Shown: positions 26,297 to 34,416 of the stretch, in pieces | Position numbering within the stretch: position 1 is the first letter of the stretch | How the letters are laid out: each line of letters opens with the position of its first letter | NCBI GenBank assembly: GCA_016189945.1 | Contig: JACPRN010000047.1 | Span: 1 to 44,693, forward strand | DNA from: Betaproteobacteria bacterium | GTDB taxonomy: Bacteria; Pseudomonadota; Gammaproteobacteria; Burkholderiales; SG8-39 | Direction: 5' to 3' | Length of the DNA: 44,693 nt | Made by a program: the position numbers and the translations under genes | Notes under the pieces: generated by a model | Seen by the model: the letters and a program-made list of their open reading frames with translations, nothing else | Databases searched by the model: none | Told to the model about the DNA's origin: nothing

Positions 26297-27265
26297 ATGA
26301 TCCGACTGATGAGAGTTGTTGCGGCGTGCTGTGTGCTTTTCGGTTTCGGCGTTGGCAGCCACGCTCAATCGTTTCCCGCCACGGCGGTAAAGATCATCGT
26401 TCCGTTTCCTCCCGGCGCAACCACGGACATCGTTGCGCGAGAGGTCGCCAATCAGCTCGGGCCTCGCTGGCGCGTTCCGGTCATCGTCGAGAACAAGGCG
26501 GGCGCGAGCGGAATCATCGGCTCCGAGCAGATCGCCCGCGCCGTGGGCGATCCGCATCTGCTCATGGTGACGGCAACCCACCACGTCATCAATCCGAGCC
26601 TGTACAAGAAACTGCCCTACGACCCCAGGCGCGACTTCACCTCGCTTGCATTGATCGCCAGCGCTCCCAACGTGCTGATCGTCAATTCGGCTTTCCCGGC
26701 ACAAACAGTCGCCGAACTGATCAAGATCGCGAAGGAAAAGCCGGCGACGATCGGCTTCGGATCGACCGGCATCGGAGGCGCGAACCACCTGGCGGGCGAA
26801 CTGTTCCAGGTGATGTCGGGGGCGAAGCTCTTTCACATCCCCTACAAGGGGTCCGCACCGGCGATGAACGATCTGCTCGCCGGGCACGCGCCCGTCATGT
26901 TCGCCGGGCTCGCCTCGGTCATACCGCACATGCAGTCGGGAAGGCTGCGCGCGCTCGGCGTAACCTCGATGAAGCGCGTGCCGACCGCCCCGGACATCCC
27001 GACCCTGGACGAGGCGGGGGTCAAGGGCTTCGAGGTGCTGTCGTGGTTCGGGCTCTACGGACCGCCGCAACTGCCCGCCGCGGCGGTGGCGAAAATCACC
27101 GCCGATGTCGGCGCGGTGCTCGCCTCGGCGCACATCAAGACGAGCTTCAACCGGCAGGGCGTCGATCCGGGAGCGATGAGCCAGCCGGAGTTCGCGCGTT
27201 ACGTCGAGACCGAAATGGACAAGTGGGGCCGTGTCATCGAGCACGCGAAGATACCGAAGCAATAG
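26297..27265 (+). CDS. Bug-family (TctC-like) tripartite tricarboxylate transporter substrate-binding protein
   Basis: Signal peptide, then the Bug hallmark FPATAVKIIVPFPPGATTDIVAREVANQLG...VENKAGASG. AAGGGAGGG precedes ATG 26297. Confidence 0.95.
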   Translation: MIRLMRVVAACCVLFGFGVGSHAQSFPATAVKIIVPFPPGATTDIVAREVANQLGPRWRVPVIVENKAGASGIIGSEQIARAVGDPHLLMVTATHHVINPSLYKKLPYDPRRDFTSLALIASAPNVLIVNSAFPAQTVAELIKIAKEKPATIGFGSTGIGGANHLAGELFQVMSGAKLFHIPYKGSAPAMNDLLAGHAPVMFAGLASVIPHMQSGRLRALGVTSMKRVPTAPDIPTLDEAGVKGFEVLSWFGLYGPPQLPAAAVAKITADVGAVLASAHIKTSFNRQGVDPGAMSQPEFARYVETEMDKWGRVIEHAKIPKQ

Positions 27266-27313
27266 GGGCGCTGGGCGGTGCTTCCCGGGACAAGCCATAC
27301 GAACTTGAACCAC

Positions 27314-27422
27314 CGATGCCGTTTCTCGCAGTTACTCAATCTCCACGTTTTCGTTCAGTTGCTCGCAACTGAACGAAAACGTGGAGACCTATTTAAAGGC
27401 AAGTTCCCGCCGCTGCCGTCAA
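27314..27422 (+). repeat. Structured intergenic element, copy 6 (forward orientation)
   Basis: Perfect 23-bp-arm palindrome 27340-27387, loop tc. Right tail tttaaaggcaagttcccgccgctgccgtcaa ends at 27422. The left flank shares CGATGCCG with copy 1. Confidence 0.9.
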
Positions 27423-27436
27423 TACGCATCCGATAA

Positions 27437-30016
27437 GTGAAACGCGTGACTGCGACCGACGACGCCTGGATCCCCTCCTCCTGCGCGCTTTGCTACGGAT
27501 CCTGCTCGATCCTCGCTCACCGGGTCGACGGTGTGGTGGTAAAGGTGGAAGGCAATCCCGGGAGCGTGGTTGGCCGTGGCCGCCTGTGCGGCAAAGGCGT
27601 CTCGGGAATCATGACGCACTACGATCCGAACCGGCTGAAAAAACCGCTGCGCCGCACCAACCCCGCGAAGGGGCTCGACGAGGACCCGCGCTGGAAGGAA
27701 ATAAGCTGGGACGAGGCACTGCATGAGATCGCCGCGGTCCTGAAGCGCCTGCGCGCAGACGACGCGCGCAAGCTCATGGTCCAGCGCACTACCACGGTGA
27801 GCGCGAGCCGCATCCCGTTTGCGGCGTTCGCATCGGCTTTCGGCACGCCCAACGTCTCCACCGCAGGCGGCGGGCTGCACTGCGGCAACGGCACGCATTT
27901 CTTTGCCGGGATGATGCACGCCTCCTGGGGAATCGTTCCCGATTTTGCGTACTGCAACTACGCCCTCTATTTCGGCGCCTCCAAGGGCCACGGCGCGGGC
28001 CACGCTTCGAGCTCCAACATGGGACTCGCGGCCGAGGCGCGCGCCCGCGGCATGAAGCTCGTGGTGGTCGATCCGATGTGCAACTTCGCCGCTGCAAAAG
28101 CAAACGAATGGGTGCCGCTGCGCGTCGGTACCGACGGCGCGCTGGCGCTGGCGATGTGCCAGGTCCTGGTCAATTAACACATCCTCATCTACCAGACTTA
28201 ACTGCAGGCGAAGACCAACGCGCCCTACCTGATCGGACCCGACCAGCTCTACGCGCGCGACCCGGCTTCGGGCAAGCCGCTCGTCTGGGACCACGCGGCC
28301 GGCGCGGCGCTCCCCTACGGCGATGCCGATCCCGCCGAGACGGCCCTGGAAGGCGATTTCGCGGCGAACGGCGTCCGCTGCCAGCCCGCTTTCCAGAAGC
28401 TGAAGGAACACCTGGGGAAATTCACTCCGGAGTGGAGCGAGGAAATCACCACGGTTCCGGCAGCCAGAATCCGCCGCCTCGCTGCCGAGTTCGGCCGCGA
28501 AGCGCGCATCGGCAGCACCATCGTGGTCGAAGGGACGACCCTGCCCTACCGGCCGGTCGCCGCGGTCGCCTTCCGCGGCGCGCAGGGCCACATGAATTCG
28601 GTGTACAACTTCTTCGCCATCGATTTGCTCAACCAGTTGGTGGGCGCCTGCGACGTGGTGGGCGGCTGCCTGGGATTCAATCCGGCCTGCAAGGGTTATC
28701 CGGAAACCGGCCGGCTGCGCTACGTTCCCAAGGCGGGACCCGACGGCCTGATGACGGTCGGCATCTGGATGGGACACCACTATCCCTATCCCCTCGCCGA
28801 GCCGCGCCTGCCGCAGAACATGGCCTTGAACGATCTGTTCGTGGCCGCCCGGCACACGCCGTTCCTCGATTCCGACGACCGGGAAGATTTGTGGGAAAGG
28901 CTCGAGCTCGGCTACCGCCCGGAGGTGATGCTCAACTTCGGCGCCAATCTGCTGATGAGCATCGCAAACCGGGAGACGGTGGCGAGGTCGCTTGCGCAAT
29001 ACGAGTTCATGGTGTCGATCGACCTGTTCGAGACCGAAACCACGCGCTTTGCCGATATCGTGCTGCCCGACTGCAGCTACCTCCAGTCGATCGATTCGCG
29101 TTCCAACTATCCCTTCATCTTCAGCCTGCCCGCGGGGATGGGCGAATGGTGCTGGCCGATCCGCCAGCCGGTGCTCGAACCGGAGGGCGAGCAGCGCCGC
29201 TTCCAGGACGTGCTGTTCGAACTGGCGGACCGCATCGGTTTGCGCGCCGACGTGAACGCCGCCCTGAACGCCTCCTTGAATCTCGCCCCTGAATATCGCC
29301 TGCAGGGAGATCGCCGCTACACGTGGGAAGAGGTCTGCGACGCCGATCTGAAAAGCGCTTTCGGCGCGGCGCGCGGGCTCGACTGGTTCAAGGAGCACGG
29401 CGTCATCAAATGGCCCAAGCGGCCCGAAGAAGTGTATTGGCGAGCGTTCGTCGATGTGCGCGTGCCGATCTACCTCGAGTTCATGCGCTCAGCCGGAGAG
29501 AAAATCGCGGCCATCTGCGAGCCGCGCGGGCTGAAGATCCCGCGCGAGTATTACCAGCCGCTGCCCGAATTTCTGCCCTGCCCTTCGCACCTCTGCAAGT
29601 CGCCGGGATTCGACCTGTACGCTTTCTATTATCGCGACACGATTCACACCAACAGCTTTACGATGGAGAACCCCTGGCTCGATGAGGCCGCGCGCCTCGA
29701 TCCCTTTTCCTACACCATCGCCATCAACGCCGACACCGGCAGGCAAAAAGGGCTGCGCGACGGCGCGCTGGTGCAGGTGGAGACCGAGAGGGGGAAAAAG
29801 GTGAAAGGCCGGGCGCATCTCACCCAGGCGATTCATCCCGAAGGGTTGGGAATCGCCGCGTGCGCGGGCCATTGGGGCGACGGCATGCCCGTGGCCAAGG
29901 GCAAAGGCGTATTCTTCAACGAATTGCTGGAACTCGATTGGGATCACGCGAGTCCGGCGAACCTGAGCCTGGACCTGTGCGTGCGGGTGAAAGTCACGCA
30001 GATGGAGGATGCATGA
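27437..30016 (+). pseudogene. Stand-alone molybdopterin (bis-PGD) oxidoreductase, interrupted by two in-frame TAA codons
   Basis: ORFs 27437..28177 and 28523..30016 are in the same frame. Reading through TAA 28175-28177 and TAA 28199-28201 gives one continuous 860-codon protein. It has an N-terminal 4Fe-4S motif CALCYGSCS...CGKG and a C-terminal molybdopterin dinucleotide-binding domain. No Tat signal and no adjacent FeS subunit gene. It could instead be recoded or a sequencing artefact. Confidence 0.8.
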
Positions 30017-30990
30017 TGAGAATTGCACGGAGCTTCTTTCGGACGCTCGCAGCCTTGGCGCTCGCCCTGGCCTGTGTCCAGTCGGCGGCGCAAACCTATC
30101 CCAGCCGGCCGATCAGGATCATCGTCGGCTATCCGCCCGGGGGCGCCAACGACATCCTCGCGCGCATCATCGCGCCTAAACTTGGCGAGCGGCTGGGACA
30201 GCCGGCCATCGTGGAAAACAAGCCCGGGGCCGACGCCATGATCGCCACCGAATACGTCGCCAAGGCAGCCCCCGACGGCCATACGCTGCTGGTTTCGGCG
30301 ATGACTTTCAATCCCGAAATGTACGGCCGTCTGCCCTACGATCCGGCGAAGGACTTCACGCCGATCACGATGCTCGTTTCCGACCCGATGGTGTTCGCCG
30401 TGCACCCATCGGTGCCGGCGACATCGATCAAGGAGCTGATCGCCCTCGCCAATGCCAAACCCGGATCGCTCTCCTACGGAGCGGGCGCGCCGCCCTTTTA
30501 CGTGGCCACCGAGCTGTTCAAGAAACAGACCGGGATCGATATCGTCTACATTCCGTACAAGGGCAGCGGTCCGTCGATCACCGCCGCAATCGCCGGCGAG
30601 GTGCCGCTGGTCGTGGTGACCCTGGGTCCGGCGCTGTCGCAGATCAAGGCCGGAAAGCTGCGCGCGCTCGCGGTCACCGGTGCCAGGCGAGCCGCCGGCG
30701 TTCCCGGCGTTCCGAGCATGTCGGAAGCGGGGGTGGATTTCCAGTTTCTCACCTGGATCGGTCTGTTTGCACCGGCGCAATTACCCGCGCCGATCATCGA
30801 CAGGATCTACGGCGAGTTGTCGCTCGTCTTCAAGTCCGATGGCCTGCACAAGCAATACGCTTCGATCGGCTACGATGCGGGCGAAGCGAGCGGGGTGGGT
30901 ATGCCGCCGGCGAAATTCGGCCCGTTCTTCCAGGCCAGTCTCGCCCGATGGACCAGCGCGGCGAAGGACCTCAAGGGCCGGACCAAGTAG
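30013..30990 (+). CDS. Bug-family (TctC-like) substrate-binding protein, second copy
   Basis: Frame of ORF 29860..30990. Start at ATG 30013 (MMRIARSFFRTLAALALALACVQSAAQ), overlapping the upstream stop. Hallmark YPSRPIRIIVGYPPGGANDILARIIAP...VENKPGA. GGAGGA at 30004-30009. Confidence 0.95.
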   Translation: MMRIARSFFRTLAALALALACVQSAAQTYPSRPIRIIVGYPPGGANDILARIIAPKLGERLGQPAIVENKPGADAMIATEYVAKAAPDGHTLLVSAMTFNPEMYGRLPYDPAKDFTPITMLVSDPMVFAVHPSVPATSIKELIALANAKPGSLSYGAGAPPFYVATELFKKQTGIDIVYIPYKGSGPSITAAIAGEVPLVVVTLGPALSQIKAGKLRALAVTGARRAAGVPGVPSMSEAGVDFQFLTWIGLFAPAQLPAPIIDRIYGELSLVFKSDGLHKQYASIGYDAGEASGVGMPPAKFGPFFQASLARWTSAAKDLKGRTK

Positions 30991-31024
30991 GCGCCGGCCG
31001 GTAGTTTCCACGGAGAAATCCAAA

Positions 31025-32668
31025 TTGGCTTATTACAAAGACATCCGGGAATATCTCGAAGCCCTGGACCGAAACGGCAAGCTGCGCCGGATCAAGCGCC
31101 TGGTGAACAAGGACACGGAACTGGTGCCTTTCGTGAATCTCCAGTTCCGCGGCTTGCCCGAAGCCGAGCGCACCGCCTTCGTTTTCGACAACATCACTGA
31201 CGTCAAAGGCAGGCGCTACCGGGGCAGCGTGCTGCTGGGCGCCCTGGGCGGAAGCGAACAGATCTACGCCCTGGGCCTGATGTGCAGGCCCGAAGAAATC
31301 ATGCACAAGCGGGCCCAGACCGAAGCAAATCCGATCGAGCCCAGGCTGGTGGACAACGCACCGGTGCACGAAGAGGTGCACATGGGCGACAGTCTCCTCG
31401 AACACGGCGGCCTGGAGGAATTTCCGGTTCCGATCTTCACGCCGGGCTATGATCCGGGGCCCGCGCTCACGGCGCCTTTCTGGGTAACCAGGGATCCGGA
31501 GAGCGGCGTCCGCAACGTGGGCACCTACCGCGCGCTGCTCAAGTCGCCGACCAAGACCGGACTTGATTTTTGCAGCCCGCGGCGCGGGATCGCCGTCCAC
31601 TGGAACAAGGCGCGCGAGCGGGGCGAGCCGCTGCAGGCGGCGATCGTGATCGGCGGACCTCCATCCGTCGGCTATTGCTCGTCGGTCGACTATCCCGCCG
31701 ACGTCGACGAATTCACCATGGCCGGCGCCATGGCCGGAGCCCCGCTCGAGATCGTCAAGTGCAAGACGGTGGACCTCGAAGTGCCGGCTCATGCCGAGAT
31801 CGTCATCGAGGGCGAAATCGCCACCGGCGAGCTTGAAAACGAAGGTCCCTTCGGGGAGGCGATCGGCTACATGTCGCTCACCCAGCCGCGGCCCTATTTC
31901 ACCGTCAAGTGCATCACGCACCGCAGGGACCCCGTGCTTCTCGGCATGATCAGCCAGTTCCAGCCCAGCGAAAGCAGCAAGATCAGGTGCCTGGGGAATT
32001 CCGCATCGACCTACAGGCATTTGCGCGATGTGGCCGGGTTCGACGCGGTGCGCAGGTTCTCCATCGTGGAGATGTCCAACGCCATGCAATACGCCGTGGT
32101 CCAGGTGGCCCAGGACACTCCGACCGAGGAGGTGTGGCGAATACTCGAGGCGATACTCAAGCATCGCCCCGACAGCAAGATCATCATTGCGGTGAACGAG
32201 GACATCGATCCGGAGGACTTCGATTCCGTCGTCTGGGCTTTCTCGACGCGCTTTCAGCCGCACCGCGATGCGCGCATCGTCAGCCGGCCCGCGAGCAGGC
32301 TGACCGATGTGTCGCTCGCTCCCATGGAGGTGCTGGAAGCGGCGCGAGAGGATTACGTCCCGGATCCGCCCACGCAATCGTATTTGCTCATGGATGCGAC
32401 CATGAAGTGGCCGCTGCCGCCGGTGTCCCTGCCCAAGCGTGAATTCATGGAGCGGGCAGCGCAAATGTGGCGCGAGGAGGGCCTGCCCGAACTGAAGCTC
32501 AAGGAGCCGTACTTCGGCCGCAATCTCGGCTACTGGCACGAAGAGGACGTGCGCAAGGCCGAATGGGCCTTGCAGGGCGACTACGCGAAGACCGGCGAGC
32601 TTCAGTCAACGCAGATCATTCCGGGCGGCCCGCATTTCTGCGCCTGGGCGAAGGCTGATCGAACGTGA
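31025..32668 (+). CDS. UbiD-family decarboxylase, copy 2 (long form)
   Basis: Frame of ORF 30680..32668. The only plausible start after the Bug gene stop is TTG 31025, with GGAG at 31012-31015, giving (M)AYYKDIREYLEALDRNGKL, a typical UbiD N-terminus. Confidence 0.85.
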   Translation: MAYYKDIREYLEALDRNGKLRRIKRLVNKDTELVPFVNLQFRGLPEAERTAFVFDNITDVKGRRYRGSVLLGALGGSEQIYALGLMCRPEEIMHKRAQTEANPIEPRLVDNAPVHEEVHMGDSLLEHGGLEEFPVPIFTPGYDPGPALTAPFWVTRDPESGVRNVGTYRALLKSPTKTGLDFCSPRRGIAVHWNKARERGEPLQAAIVIGGPPSVGYCSSVDYPADVDEFTMAGAMAGAPLEIVKCKTVDLEVPAHAEIVIEGEIATGELENEGPFGEAIGYMSLTQPRPYFTVKCITHRRDPVLLGMISQFQPSESSKIRCLGNSASTYRHLRDVAGFDAVRRFSIVEMSNAMQYAVVQVAQDTPTEEVWRILEAILKHRPDSKIIIAVNEDIDPEDFDSVVWAFSTRFQPHRDARIVSRPASRLTDVSLAPMEVLEAAREDYVPDPPTQSYLLMDATMKWPLPPVSLPKREFMERAAQMWREEGLPELKLKEPYFGRNLGYWHEEDVRKAEWALQGDYAKTGELQSTQIIPGGPHFCAWAKADRT

Positions 32669-34398
32669 AAAAGTATCTTCACATAGATCTCGCACGGCAT
32701 GCCGTCGAAACGGCGGAACTCCATGGCGAAGCCATCATCGAGTCGGGCCGTTACCTGATCGCGAAGACGCTGCTTGCCGGCGGCATCGCCCGGGTCGATC
32801 CGTGGTCACCCGCCAACCCGCTGATTTTCTCCGCGGGTCCGTTCGCGGGGGTCGGTTTTTCCAATGGCGGACGGATCAGCGTTGGCTGCAGGAGCCCGCT
32901 GACCGGGGGCGTCAAGGAAGCCAACAGCGGGGGTACCTTCGGCACCGCGTTGGGGCATCTTTGCATCGCGGGATTGACGCTGCAAGGCAGGTCCGATGGC
33001 TGGGTGGTCATCCACCTCCTGAAGGACGGGTCGATCAGGTTCGACTCGGCCGAGCCCTTGATGGGCAAGGGCAACAACGAGGCCGCGGCGCTCATTCGGG
33101 AGATCTACGGGAGAAGGACCAGCTTCTCCTTGTGCGGACCGGTAGGCGAATACTGCGGCATCGTCTCGGGAATCGCATTCAGCGACGTGGAAGGCCGCCC
33201 CTCGCGGCTCGCGGCGCGCGGGGGTGTGGGCGCGGTCATGGGCAACAAGCGAGTCAAGGCCATCGTCGCCGACCTGGACAAGATACCCGAACTGCACGAC
33301 AAGAAAAAAGCCTTCGAGAACATTCGCTCCTACGCAGGCAAGATCAACGAGCAGGATGCCGTAAGAACCCTGCGCGAGCTGGGGACGGCGTTCGTGGCGG
33401 ACCTTTTCAACTACACCGGCGGCCTGCCGCTTCGTAATTTCAGCAGCGGCCGCCTGGTCGAGCCAGGCGCGGAGCCGCTGAAGGTCGGCGGCGAATTCAT
33501 CCGGCGGCAAAACATGGGGCGCGGCGGCAAGACCGCGCACACGTGCATGGGCGGCTGTGCAATCCAGTGCGGCAACGTGTACGTGGATCCGGATGGCAAG
33601 GAAGTGGTGTCGCACCTGGATTACGAGAACATCGTGATGCTGGGGACCAACCTGGGTCTGACCGAACCGGATGATATCGCCCGGTTGAACGCCATCGCCA
33701 ACGATCTCGGGGTGGACACGATTGAAACCGGTGCGACCATCGCGATCCTGATGGATGCGGGATACGGTCGATTCGGCGACATCGCCTTCATCGTCGAAGC
33801 GCTGAACGACATCCGCCGGGGAACCGAGCGCGGCCGCATCCTGGCGCGCGGTGCCGAGAAGGTCGGTCTGCATTACGGAGCGAGGCGCGTGCCGGTCATC
33901 AAGCATCAGGCATTGAGCGCCCATGATCCCAGGATCGTCGAGGTAACCGGCATTTCCATGATGACCACCCCGCAGGGCGCAGACCACACCACCGGCAACG
34001 TACCGGCGTTCGACAGCAAGGGAAAGACGTTGCCGGAATTGGCCCTCGTCAGTTTCAATTCGCAGGTCAATACTGCCGTGGCGGACTCGCTGGGATTGTG
34101 CGCTTTCGGACGCTCGGTGACCGATGCCAACCACGAATTGCTTGCCGAAACGATCAACCACATTCATGGTACCGAGATTGAGCCCCGCGCGATTCGAAAA
34201 CTCGGGATTGACGCTCTCCTCATGGAGCGCGAGTTCAATCGAGCGGTGGGATTTGCGCCGGAGGATGACGGCTTGCCCGCATTCTTCTACGAGGAGTCCT
34301 TGGCTCCAACCGGCAGGCGCGCTCGCTTTTCCGGAAAGGAAGTCAACCAAAGCTTGAACGAATTGTTTGCTGCGGAACAGGCCGCGGGAATCACGTGA
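32665..34398 (+). CDS. Aldehyde:ferredoxin oxidoreductase (AOR) family tungsto/molybdopterin enzyme
   Basis: AOR N-terminal domain (LIFSAGPFAGVGFSNGGRISVGCRSPLTGGVKEANSGG), Cys cluster CMGGCAIQCG, pterin-binding DSLGLCAFG. GTG 32665 overlaps the UbiD stop (GTGA). Confidence 0.9.
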   Translation: MKKYLHIDLARHAVETAELHGEAIIESGRYLIAKTLLAGGIARVDPWSPANPLIFSAGPFAGVGFSNGGRISVGCRSPLTGGVKEANSGGTFGTALGHLCIAGLTLQGRSDGWVVIHLLKDGSIRFDSAEPLMGKGNNEAAALIREIYGRRTSFSLCGPVGEYCGIVSGIAFSDVEGRPSRLAARGGVGAVMGNKRVKAIVADLDKIPELHDKKKAFENIRSYAGKINEQDAVRTLRELGTAFVADLFNYTGGLPLRNFSSGRLVEPGAEPLKVGGEFIRRQNMGRGGKTAHTCMGGCAIQCGNVYVDPDGKEVVSHLDYENIVMLGTNLGLTEPDDIARLNAIANDLGVDTIETGATIAILMDAGYGRFGDIAFIVEALNDIRRGTERGRILARGAEKVGLHYGARRVPVIKHQALSAHDPRIVEVTGISMMTTPQGADHTTGNVPAFDSKGKTLPELALVSFNSQVNTAVADSLGLCAFGRSVTDANHELLAETINHIHGTEIEPRAIRKLGIDALLMEREFNRAVGFAPEDDGLPAFFYEESLAPTGRRARFSGKEVNQSLNELFAAEQAAGIT

Positions 34399-34416
34399 TT
34401 CTGGATGATGGGGCCT

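Noticed and set aside
28175-28201. Selenocysteine or pyrrolysine recoding in the molybdoenzyme.
   Set aside because: Both in-frame stops are TAA, not TGA or TAG. They lie far from the position of the Mo-ligand Cys/Sec in this family, and no SECIS-like hairpin is evident next to them.
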